DNA of 63,953 bases, filler included, from Thelocarpon superellum (taxonomy: Eukaryota): the NCBI GenBank assembly GCA_026025795.1. It is 3 parts of 3 records of this genome, joined end to end, with 100 filler letters (N's around TTAATTAATTAA, not from the genome) between each part and the next. Parts side by side here need not be neighbours in the genome. Positions count along the whole stretch, not along the records: positions 24,964 to 49,521 come from JAPEUG010000272.1; 2 more parts are not named here. One strand, written 5' to 3'. The notes under the pieces were generated by a model. It saw only the letters and a program-made list of their open reading frames with translations. It was not told the DNA's origin and did not search any database. The translations under genes were made by a program, and so were the position numbers. Every line of letters starts with the position of its first letter. Within the stretch, counting starts at the first letter, position 1. This document shows positions 24,964-36,407 of the stretch, in pieces.

Positions 24964-26095
24964 CGCGGGTACGTGGATCGAGTCAGACGTCCTCTGCACT
25001 GCTGGACTTCGTAGGGCACCCTCTGACGCGGACAATTGCACTCCCGTGGGGTAGGAAGACCGTACCTAGGCAGCTTCAGCCACGCATAACGGTCAATGCT
25101 TTGCGGCTCACGATGTGGACTGTGATGCCGATCGTGATCCTCTACGCAGACGAGTCGCCTTGCATCTCGTGGAGAGCGGCGGTACCTATGTCCGGCAGTG
25201 GGGCCGTGTCGCGTGGTCGGGAGCGTAGCGCGGGTGGAGGCAAGGAGCTCCGACATGGTGAAGCAGGAAATGGATCACTAAAGGTTGGCCTAAGAGACGC
25301 TTAACTGTGTAAGCTTTCGCCGTGACGTGCTCGCTTCTTCGCCGACGTCCAGAAGCCGGAGACTTGATGAGGTTGCGCCAACCGTTATTGGCCAGTGCAC
25401 GTTGATCTGCTGATCTCGGCTTCACCCGCAGCCAGGGCCAGGATCGATGCGTGTCACACCATCGATCGACGTCCTCGACAACCTTGATAGCCTTGACGAC
25501 CACGTACGATTGAGTGGTCGGTAGTAGCAGTCTAGGTTGTCGCCACGTCTCATCAGATTCAAGCCGAGCGAACTTCGCGTACAATTCCTGGACAAGCTCA
25601 CCACCACGGCCAATCGCCGGGTCACAGACTTGGGGCGCTCCACGTGTCAAAAGCGGTGATATTCTCACCACCACGGTAGCTGGCCGTGGTCTCGTCCCCG
25701 CCTTCCATCCGCTTGGATAGATCGAGACCGTCGTCTGCATGAGCTGGGACGTCTGCGGCCCCGGTCTAGGTGGTGACACGATGACGGCGACGCCGAGCTG
25801 ATACAATCGGGTGCTCCATCGTCTTGCGGATCGTGATGCCGCCTCGTGCTGTCCGTGGCCTTTCTGACGCAACGCATCGTAGGCTCATGATCTGACTCGG
25901 CTGCGTTGTGCCACTTGAGTCTGTGCGTGAGGGCCGGCACATGTATATCAGGCTCGGCGTCCCGCATGAAGCTTGGCTCTTGGCTCTTGGCTCTCCCTCT
26001 CTCTCCCTCTTTAGCTGGCTCCTCAATTCCTGACTCCATCTACCGAATAATCTTTCTGCTCGTCGCTCGTCGCCCCCCTCTCATTCACCATCATC

Positions 26096-26560
26096 ATGGG
26101 TAACTCCATTCTCGCCCTGGCCATGGCCTTGAGCCTTCTGGTCTCAGCCTTTCCCCTCCAAGCCGCGGCGGTGCCGGTCGGCAACAGCACGACGAGCCCG
26201 AGCTTCACCGTGGGGCCTCCTGGCACGGCGAATTGTCCGGCGGGACAGTTCAAGGATCAGTTCAATCATTGTCTGACCCCCGACGAGGTCGCCTCCGCGG
26301 CTTCGGCCCCGGCCCCGGCGGTTGACGCTGTTGCTCCATCTAACAGCACGGCTGCGCCGGTGGTGGAAGCGCCGGCTGCGCCTGCGCCCGCTTCTGGGAC
26401 CGAAAGCACCAGCGACACGTCGGCGGCCCCCGAGGCGGCGGCTCCCGAGGCTGCGCCAGCGGCGGCTGCTGGAACGACGGAATCTACAGAGACGGAGTCG
26501 ACGGTAGGTTTTGTCCGCCTTAATACCTAGAGTCTTTGGCTAATGACCGTGCAGGCTTGA
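26096..26560 (+). CDS. Small secreted Ala/Pro/Ser/Thr-rich protein with one Cys pair, 2 exons
   Basis: Signal peptide MGNSILALAMALSLLVSAFP; NCPAGQFKDQFNHC; N-glycosylation sequons NST; probable terminal intron 26504-26554 (GTAGGT..CTAAT..CAG) followed by GCT TGA. Confidence 0.7.
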
Positions 26561-27591
26561 GCAGATGAATATGTGACTCTGGACGTCCACTGTGCGCCGT
26601 CACTTGCCGTCCTTCACCCGTTATGTCGCGCTGGGAGCAGACGAGGGTGGGACGGCCGGCGTCGGTCTGCGATGGTCTGGTGGAGATGGAAAGGGCGATG
26701 AAGGACGTGGCTGGGGGCGTTATGTTTCATCACCTCACGCTCCTTACCCTCTACCCTCTACCCTCTTCTTTCCCTGTCTATCCTTAATGCTCGCCCTTGC
26801 ATGCGATCAAGACTGTCCCGTCTTCTTGGCGCAGGAAAAGCAGTTCAATAATACCACACGGATATTGGAGCGTCACCGTGGCATCTCCGGGGCTTCTGGT
26901 TGAGGCGAGCGTAGTACTATCCGAGTCTCGTGCACGAGTACGGTATGGGGAGGGGTAAGAAGCGGTTCTTTGTGTCGTGCGGAGTGTAAGGAGACGTGGC
27001 ACTGGGAGCAGGACGGTGGGAACAGGGGGTTACCATTCGTGAAAGGGACTCCCTATCCGGCAATTCCGCGTGATCGGTTAAGTTATTGACCGGAGACCAC
27101 TGCAGGGCCCCGGCTCTTATTGACACCTGAGTCCGGCCGAGTTGCGCTTTAGCGAAGCTCCACTGGTTCCAGTGGCCACGTCGGCTAGCTACCACCAGGC
27201 AACTTTGACGGAGGTACACCGCGAGTGACCAGAGCGACGGGAGATACGGGGCAGCACGAGCGCCTGAGCCAACACATCGAATCGACGGCGGGTGGGTAGA
27301 TTGCAAGTAGACCTGGTAGTAAGCGCCGTCAAAAACCATCCAGCTGTGGGTCTCAATACGCTCAATCTATTGCATCTCGAACGGGGCAGCCCGGAAGGTA
27401 TAGTAGCTCGCCTGCCACAGTATCTCGGCCGGCGGCTGGCGGCTGGCGGCTGGCGGCTGGTTCCATGCTACAGTATACTCGTGCCACCTGCAGGCAGAGC
27501 CCTCCACGGCAACACCCCGCCCGCCCTTTTATATCCGCGGCCACCCGTCCAGCGCTTTCGACCATGATGTGATCGGTGAGACCTTGCACAC

Positions 27592-30416
27592 ATGGGGGAA
27601 GAGGAGACCCAGCTCCTTACGGAGGAGCCGCGGTTGTCCGGGCCGCGTGCTTCGCTCGACACCGTCACCTCCCTTTCGACCACGTCCCTGGTGCTCGAGG
27701 GTTTGAACGAGCCTGCCTCACACGGCGTCAACGGCTCGAACAAGCCACTCCTACAACGGGACAGTCCACAATCCGACGGCGCCTACCGCGATCACGATGG
27801 CGAGGCAAACACCGACTTGGAAGACGGGGAATATATCTCCCCAGGGGGAAAGCCAGTGGCGAAGAAGGTCCGCCGCATCTTGTGGGCTGTGGGAATAATC
27901 TTGTTGTCGGCGTGGATATTGGCCTTGGTCAGCTTTCTGGTCTCCAAATCATGGCAACCATCGGCCGCCATTCCCCACGACCCTGCAGCGACAGCATCGA
28001 GAGGCTCGGGCAAGAAGATCACCTTGGACCAAGTCCTCTCGGGGCAATGGCGCGGACAAACGCATGACATTTCGTGGATCAGTGGCCCGCGTGCGGAAGA
28101 TGGCCTGCTCTTGGAGAAGCGGGGCAAGGACGGATATTTGGTGGTGGAGGACGTGCGGAAGCGATCACAAGACGACAACGTCGACATCATGGAGAGTACG
28201 GTCTTGATGAAAGAGGAAGCCTTCACCGTCGGCTCCACGAACGTCTTTCCTAACGAGGTCTGGCCCAGTCGAACACAGAAGAAGGTGCTGGTCATGTCGG
28301 ATAAGCAAAAGGTGGGTCTCGCTCACGGCCCAGACGTGCTGGACGGCTAATCGCCGTAGAATTGGCGACACTCCTTTTCGGGTCTCTACTGGGTCTTTGA
28401 CGTCGATGATCAACGAGGTCAAGCGCTGGACCCTTCCAGTCCGGACCGTCGCATCCAGCTGGCATCGTGGTCGCCGCTATCGGATGCTGTCGTCTTCACG
28501 CGGGACATGAATCTGTTTCTCCGAAAGCTCTCCGATCTCACCGCGACCCAAATCACCAAGGACGGCGGGACCGAGGTCTTTTACGGCGTGCCAGACTGGG
28601 TGTACGAGGAAGAGGTCTTGTCGGGCAATAGCGCGACGTGGTGGGCGGAGGATGGTAAATACATTGCCTTCCTGCGAACCAACGAGTCATCTGTCCCGGA
28701 GTACCCCATCCAGTACTTCGTGTCGCGGCCGAGCGGGGCCACGCCTGAGGAAGGGCTAGAGAACTACCCGGAAGTGCGCAAGATCAAATATCCGAAAGCG
28801 GGGGCGCCAAATCCCGTTGTCGACCTCCAGTTTTACGACGTGGACCGAGACGAGGTTTTTACGGTCGAGGTGGACGGGGACTTTCCTGCGTCGGATCGAT
28901 TGATCACGGAGGTGGTTTGGGCCGGTGCGTCGGGCAAGGTGCTGGTGCGAGAGACAAATCGGGAGAGTGACATCCTCCGCGTGGTGCTCATCGACGTGAA
29001 GGCGAGAACGGGAAAGGTGGTGCGGGCAAGGGACCTCAACGCGCTGGATGAGGGCTGGTTCGAGGTGTCAGAGCAGACGCGATACATCCCGGCGGATCTG
29101 GCCAAGGGGCGACCGCATGATGGATACATCGACACGGTCATCCACGAGGGATTCGACCATCTCGCCTACTTTACGCCCTTGGACAACCCAAATCCCGTCC
29201 ACCTCACGTCGGGACCCTGGGAGGTGGAGAATGCGCCGTCGGCCGTGGACCTCGACAACAACCTGGTCTACTTAGTCGGGACCAAGGAGGCGCCGATTCA
29301 ACGCCATGTCTACTCGGTCAAGTTGGACGGGACGGACCTTCAGCCGATCACGGACGTCGGTAACGAGAGCTACTACGACGTCTCCTTTTCCAAGGGGGCG
29401 GGGTATGCTCTACTGTCTTATACTGGCCCGAACGTGCCGTGGCAGAAAGTCATCAGCACCCCCAGCAACCCGAATCAGTACGAATACGTGGTGGAGGAGA
29501 ATGCGGGGATTGCCAAGATGGCCGCGGCGCATGAGATGCCGATTGAGGTCTACCAGACGGTGACGATCGACGGATTCACCCTGCAGGTGGTGGAGCGACG
29601 ACCGCCGCACTTTGACGCACGGAAGAAATACCCGGTCTTGTTCTATCTATACGGCGGACCGGGATCCCAGATGGTGAGTAAGAAGTGGACGGTGGATTTT
29701 CAAGCATACATTGCATCGAGCCTGGATTACATCGTGGTGACGGTGGACGGACGAGGCACGGGCTTCATCGGCCGCGAAGCACGATGCATCGTGCGCGGCA
29801 ACTTGGGGTACTACGAAGCGCGGGACCAGATCGAGACGGCCAAGCTCTGGGCGGCGAAGCCGTACGTCGATGAAGAGAAGATTGCGATCTGGGGGTGGAG
29901 CTATGGGGGCTTCATGACGTTGAAGACCCTCGAGCAAGATGCCGGGCAGACGTTTAAATATGGCATGGCCGTTGCGCCGGTCACGGACTGGCGGTACTAC
30001 GGTAGGCTGCCTTTGGCGGATTCAGTATGCTCCTCTCGCCCAGCACATACTGATAGGTGACGTCGGCAGACTCCATTTACACCGAACGATACATGCACAC
30101 GCCGCAAAACAACCCGGAGGGATACAACAACGCCAGCATCCACGACATGGGAGCGCTGGGATCCAACGTGCGCTTCCTATTGATGCACGGCGTGGCAGAC
30201 GACAACGTGCACATGCAGAACTCGCTGACGCTCCTGGACAAGCTGGACCTGGCGGGGGTGGAGAACTACGACGTCCACGTCTTCCCGGACAGCGATCATT
30301 CCATCTACTTCCACAACGCGAATCGCATGGTCTATGATCGGCTCCGAGACTGGCTTGTCAATGCGTTCAATGGCGAATGGTTACGCATCAAGGATGTCAT
30401 TCCGGATCCGCTGTGA
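27592..30416 (+). CDS. dapB: Dipeptidyl aminopeptidase B (S9B/DPP IV family, type II membrane protein), 3 exons
   Basis: N-terminal TM ([22 protein letters not shown]), [11 protein letters not shown], nucleophile [15 protein letters not shown] and FPDSDHSI triad motifs; introns ~28312-28359 and 30002-30069. Confidence 0.93.
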
Positions 30417-30579
30417 TCCGTGATGCTCTGTCGAAGCCGTTCTTTTTGTTTTGATCGTCCTCGCATCGTGATGCGCTTTGTGCTGTTCTGCATGAGTGAC
30501 GGGGGATGACTCACTCCTTTGTTATGTGAATGTACAAGTATAAGCGCAGAGAATCGAGACGGAAATGGGTGGGACGTTT

Positions 30580-32114
30580 TTACAATTTCGCCCCTTTGTC
30601 TCTCTCGCCATCAAGGTCGAGCTCATGGACGAAAAGACTCTCAAAAGCCCGCGACACCATCTCTGTCAAATCACTAGCCTGCATTGAGCGGCCGAACTTG
30701 TCGAACGCCAGACGCGAACACTCGCGCGTGATGGAACTCCCGCCGTATGCGGCCAGAAGGAATGTTTCGTGCTCCGAGAGAGACTTGTCGTGTCTGTGTT
30801 TCACATTCGCTTGTCAGCACGTAGTCGGTGTATGTGCTGTGGTGTCCTGAGTAGGGGAGTGAAGAAAGGGCCGGGTTTCAATAGGAGATGGAGAAGAAAG
30901 AGAGGGAGAGGGGGGAGACACTCACTCCCATATCCCGTCCAAATACGCCTTACGCCAGGCCAAAAAGGTAGCAAGGCTTCCAGTGAGAGTATCACCCTGG
31001 CCACCACTTCGTTTGAACCCGCCTTCTAGGTCACTGACGAGTGTCTCGCTGCCATCGCTGATGTAGTCCAATGCGCCCTTTTGGATGATGGTGACGCCAC
31101 CAAAGGCCGACGCGAGACGGGCGCAGCGATGCTTGGCGTCGTTTTCTTCATCTGCGGCGGTGCTGCTGTTGTTCTGTTCGTCTTTCGCGCCAGGCCCACT
31201 CCCGCTGGTGGCACTGGTGATGCTGGCCATGTCAATCCCCTTACTTTTCGCCAACCGTCCAAACTCCACCACGTTGGGCGTGAGGATACAGAGCGGGTAC
31301 CCCTGGACGAGCTCAGGTCGGGTCTGCGCGAGGTAGAGTCCGTCCGCGTCCAGGATGAAAGGCAGGTTTCGCTCCCGCGCTGCTTCTATTACCCGGGCGC
31401 ACGTATCTTGCATCAGGCTGTCCCGGCCGAGTCCTGGTCCGATCACGAGCACGTGGAGACGCGAGAGCATGGCGATGACGGCCGACGAGACGCGGTGCAG
31501 CGTGTCGTCGCGAGCCTCGTCGCTGGGCGTGTGCTGCGTTGAGAGCATGTATGGGTGTACCATCAGGTTCGGCGAGTACGTCTTGATTACTTGTGCTGCC
31601 TGCGGCTCGCAGATGACGTGACTCTGGAGGGGGGGAGGACGGGAGAGGAGATTAGTAAGGGAGGGATGGATGGATGGATGGGTAAGGATGTGGTGGAGAT
31701 GGGATGTACCATGTCCGCCCCTACGTTCCGCGAGTCAGATCGGTCTTCGGTCCGCACGGACAGGTCACGGTCGTACCTAATCGTGCTGAAGCCATGGCCG
31801 AGAAATATGGCGCCCCGGTATAACTACGTGGAAAGTCTGATCAACGACCACTCCGCGATGGAGGCATTGGGGGAGAGGGTGGTCTCGCTCACTCTTCGCA
31901 TCCGCCGATGACGGCAACTCGGCCCATTTGACCTACGCCGGTTAGCTTCATACAGCCGTGTCAAAACAGCCGCACAAGCACGGTCTCATCGTTTCCACAC
32001 AGAACAGTCCCGCTGAAGAGAAATGGGAAACGACACACCTTTGTGAAATTTCTCCAACATGGGCGGGACCATTCGCCGGACCTTTAGGAGGAGCTCCCGT
32101 GTTGAATGTGACAT
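30580..32114 (-). CDS. nnr2: ATP-dependent (S)-NAD(P)H-hydrate dehydratase (Nnr2/CARKD), about 6 exons
   Basis: Spliced [106 protein letters not shown] further in-frame ATG lies at 32150. Confidence 0.92.
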
Positions 32115-32594
32115 TTTGGGCGCTGTCGTGGCTGACTCGTGATCCGTCATTACACGATACTAGAAGGAGGCTCGAGAGAAAAGATAAAGTATGGTCAATC
32201 AGTCACGAACATCGGCGCAATTGCCTTTGTACTGAGGGATTGATATACTCATATCAAGTTTGGTATCCCGCTTGCGCTCAATGTGTACACAACGTTGCCA
32301 TGTCGAGGTGATGTCATTGGTAGAAGCGAACGTCGGTCGACATCATCCATCGTCACGTGCTGACCACCTCCCTCTGCCTTGGGACCCCACCACCTGATGA
32401 CGGATACAATGTTTGGATTCTCTTCTTAGAATGAGTTCCAAGAGAGTGATACGTAACAGGGTATGCCTCCTTCCCAAGCCCTGGGCGAACATCCAGCAGT
32501 GTGCACGACGCGATCTATTTGCTCCTGAACCGCATCTCTCCGAATCCGTCCTATGGAGGGGAAGCAATGCTCGACGCCAGAAAGCACACCCAAG

Positions 32595-33634
32595 TCAATG
32601 CCTCTTACTCGCCAAAGCCTGAAGTTTCAACTTCCTCGCACGCTTCAACCGTTGGTGCTCCTCTTCCTCACGTATTGCCAGAGCATCTTCCCTCTTGGCC
32701 GTCAACAAGGCCCTCTCCTCCTCTTCGTCCACTTCGAACGCCCCGGCCTCCATGTCTGATGAAACGTCCGAGGCCACGTCCTCGTCTTCATCCTCTTCGT
32801 GCGAGTACCTGGTAGACTGGCCACCACGGCCTTGTGGGTGACCGACGGACAGGCTCCGGCTGCGGTCGCGATCATAGACACTCGAGCTATGGCCGGGCCG
32901 GGCTGGGCCGGACTGCGCTGTACCTTTGTAGCTGCTCTCGGTCTTGGTGGTCTTCGCAGTCCCTTTGTAGCCCGGCTCTTTCCCTTTTCCGGGGCTCCTC
33001 GTGTCCGCAGCGTCACGACCACAAGCCACTCGCACTCGTCCCTCACGACGGGTCGTTTCGTCCTTCCGACTAGCATGGCCCTGCTTGACGATGCCGTGAG
33101 ACATCGCTCGTTTCCCCCCCCGAGCCTTGGCCATCAACGCCTCGCGCTGGGCTCGCCGTTGACGCTCGCTGACCTTCTCCATCGGTTTGTGTTTGATGGC
33201 GCCAACCTGGGTCGGAGCGGCCTGGCCGGCCTTGGCTCGTGCCATGATCTCGGCAAACGTTCCTTTGCGCGGCGGAGGCTTGGACGCATCCACGGCAATT
33301 GCGGCAGGCGCAGCAGATGTGGACTTGATTGCGCTGCCCTTCGATGAGGCATGTGCGGCTGGGTTTGTGGAGGCGAGGGTAGATGTCTTCTCGGCCGGCT
33401 TGGATGCTTTCTCCGCTGTCCCTTGTACCTCTTCCTCCGCTTTCCGTTTTCGGGTAACATTCTCTCCCGTGGATCCATGTGTGGATGAGGGCGGGGTTCG
33501 CACGTTGGTCGCCAAGGCTGAAACGCTGCTCGATCTCGGCGCATCCCCTTTGATCTCAGCAATGACCGAGTTGATGAACTGTCGGTCTGGTCAGTCCACA
33601 TTCAAGAACCAGGTATCCTAACTCATACACTCAT
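32595..33634 (-). CDS. spt2: SPT2 chromatin protein, 2 exons
   Basis: Micro-exon ATG AGT then an intron (GTATGA..CTGAC..CAG); KGTFAEIMARAKA and C-terminal SSDMEAGAFEVDEEEERALLTAKREDALA typical of the SPT2 domain. Confidence 0.85.
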
Positions 33635-33950
33635 CTTCGTGACACGCGCTTTGAGGAAGATAGCGCGACGTGAGATTGGTAACTCCGGCTCGTGTGATGT
33701 GGTAAAGCTTTCATCGCGCTGATATCTCGCAACTCTTATGAAGGCGTATCCTGGACGAGACTGGTAAGAGGCTCGTTATAAGCTGGATGGCATTTTCTCC
33801 TCCATTCTCAAGGCAATGGATAGACGTGTGGAATGGCTCGTTCGTAAAGGAAAACCTACACCGGCGTCGCCTTGCTCGCCAAATGATGCGGGAGCACGCG
33901 ATGCCCTTCCTGCTCCGACGTACTTGGTACCTGGGGAGATGCCCGGGTCC

Positions 33951-33958
33951 TTAGGGCT
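33951..33958 (+). promoter_or_regulatory. Candidate Tbf1-type (TTAGGGCT) ribosomal-protein promoter element
   Basis: TTAGGGCT about 290 bp upstream of the rpp2 ATG; a related AACCCTAA lies upstream of rps15. Short motif, so it could be chance. Confidence 0.4.
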
Positions 33959-34239
33959 CGCGTCAACGTAATCCAGTTTGGTCCTAGTGGGGGCATTCGC
34001 TTCCACAAGCGCATGGTCTTCCAAATTTCCTCCACCCCTCCACCCTCATCAAGTCACAACGCACGGCGAACTTGACGGATCAGTCTCCGCTCAACTTGCG
34101 GTTAAAGTGATTGATTCTCTTGTTCAAAGGTGTCATCCCGTTGATCTAGACCAGTACGGATTCCCTCCTGCTCTGGGTTGGGACCGCGAGACTAACTGCT
34201 CAAGACAGTACACGAATCAATTTTGAGAGAACATTCACC

Positions 34240-34717
34240 ATGAAGCATCTCGCAGCTTATTTGCTCCTGGGCATCGGTGGCAACACCTCGCCGTCCGCGT
34301 CCGACATTAAGGAGGTTCTCGACTCCGTGGGAATTGAGGCGGACGATGAGCGACTAGACAAGCTTGTGTCGGAGCTCAAGGGCAAGAACATCAGCGAGGT
34401 AGGCGGGATGACTCGCAGCAGGTACAGCTGGAGAGAAAGATCAGCTAATCCGATGTCCAGTTGATTGCCGAAGGGTCCACCAAGTTGGCATCCGTTCCGT
34501 CGGGAGGCGGTGGAGGAGGCGCTGCTCCCTCCGGTGGCGCTGCCACCTCGGGTGGTGCCGCGGCAGAAGAGGAGAAGCCGGCTGCTAAGGAAGAAGAGAA
34601 AGAAGTTCGTATCCTACGTCTATCATCCGTCCGCGATGGTCCTCTTCGAACCAGGCTGATCAAATTCGTCCAATACAGGAGTCGGATGAGGACATGGGCT
34701 TCGGTCTGTTTGACTAG
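34240..34717 (+). CDS. rpp2: 60S acidic ribosomal protein P2, 3 coding exons
   Basis: [39 protein letters not shown]; Ala/Gly hinge; last exon [12 protein letters not shown]. Confidence 0.97.
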
Positions 34718-34996
34718 GTTTCTCTACCTCGCCCATCTACAATGTAAACCAACCGACGCATTGGGCGTGATAAGGCAACGCAGCAAGCAAAGTAGACAGA
34801 CAATGCATCCTCGTGTTTGATCAATCTTGAAAAGTAGAACCCAGTTGCCCTAGGACTAGGAGCGATACACCCACTCTAGATATCGACCAATTCTTACACG
34901 ATCCATAGAGATTTTGGTGGGTGAGGACGCGCAAGTGGAATTGCCCAAGGTTTCAAGTCGTCCACCGCCACGACCACCGCGACAGCCCACTACAGG

Positions 34997-35004
34997 AACC
35001 CTAA
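34997..35004 (-). promoter_or_regulatory. Candidate Tbf1/telobox-like element (TTAGGGTT) upstream of rps15
   Basis: AACCCTAA about 150 bp upstream of the rps15 ATG. Confidence 0.35.
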
Positions 35005-35149
35005 ATCCGGACTGCGATTTTCGCTTACTTAGCGCCATCGCGACCACCCCCAATTGCAGATGAACGACGACGACTCCCAACTCCGCAGTCAAGATAATTT
35101 GGGCCGTAACGTTGAAAGCGACAAATCTGCCACTTTCAAAGTTGCAAAC

Positions 35150-36030
35150 ATGGCTGACGCTGACTACGTGAGTGTACCCGTCGTCGTCCCATCCGTCGCT
35201 TTGCGTAATGAGCACCGGGCGAGCGTGAGAGTGGGCTCCATGCTGACGACCTTTACTACAGAACGCCGAGGAGGCAGCCGGTACGTGGATTCTTTTTCGA
35301 TCTCGAACCACCCTTGATCCCGACGAGATGGATGGGCTTACCTCGGCAACGATGTTTTTCTTCGAACGGAGAATCTGATACGTGTTCGCGGGGCGAAAAG
35401 GCTGACACGAGGACGTACCCACAGAGCTAAAGAAAAAGAGAACCTTCCGAAAGTTCTCATACCGCGGGATTGATCTCGAGCAGTACGTGACCGGCCCACG
35501 AGCCCCCGATCCTCCGGTTCCACCAACATGCATCCTTCTGAGACTAATGCATCGTCACCGTCACCATCAGACTCCTAGATCTCTCGTCGGAACAACTGCG
35601 CGATGTGGTTCACTCACGGGCACGACGCCGGTTCAACCGCGGCCTGAAGCGCAAGCCGATGGGTCTGATCAAGAAGCTGCGCAAGTCGAAGCAAGAGGCC
35701 AAGCCCAACGAGAAGCCGGACTTGGTCAAGACGCATCTGCGCGACATGATCGTCGTGCCGGAGATGATTGGCAGCGTGATTGGCATCTACTCCGGCAAGG
35801 AATTCAACCAGGTTGAAATCAAGCCCGAGATGGTCGGACATTACCTCGGCGAGTTCTCTATCTCATAGTACGTCTCCCTTCTGTCTGTTGTCTCTATCTG
35901 CCTTTCTCTCTCTTGCGGGAAGGCTTGCACACTGGTGCTCGTAAACTGACGCCATGATAGCAAACCGGTCAAACACGGCCGACCCGGTATTGGAGCAACC
36001 CACTCATCTCGATTCATTCCGCTAAAGTAG
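35150..36030 (+). CDS. rps15: 40S ribosomal protein S15 (uS19), 5 exons
   Basis: Spliced [108 protein letters not shown]. Confidence 0.97.
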
Positions 36031-36407
36031 GGGGAGAGGGAGAGGGAGAAGGAGACGGAATAGGAGAGGTAGAAGGACAGGGAGAGGCATACCTGACGTC
36101 TGGGTCGGGACTACAACGGATGGGGCCAGGATGGAAGGAACTAGTAAGGAGACCGAATGAAATCTGGCCGCTGAAGATGAGCGGAACGGTGCTGGCTGGC
36201 TACGTCGACTGGTCTTACATTCTAGTAATGCATGCAGACAGAACCTGGTAGAACTGGACTATTCAATGCCATTTTCCGTCCCGAACTGCTGAAGTAACAT
36301 GATAATACTACACTGGGTCCTGCCCTACTACTCCTATCGACCCCACCTACCATCGCAGCATGGGTGGTAATCACAAGTCCATCGTACAGACACACATAGA
36401 CAGAGGT

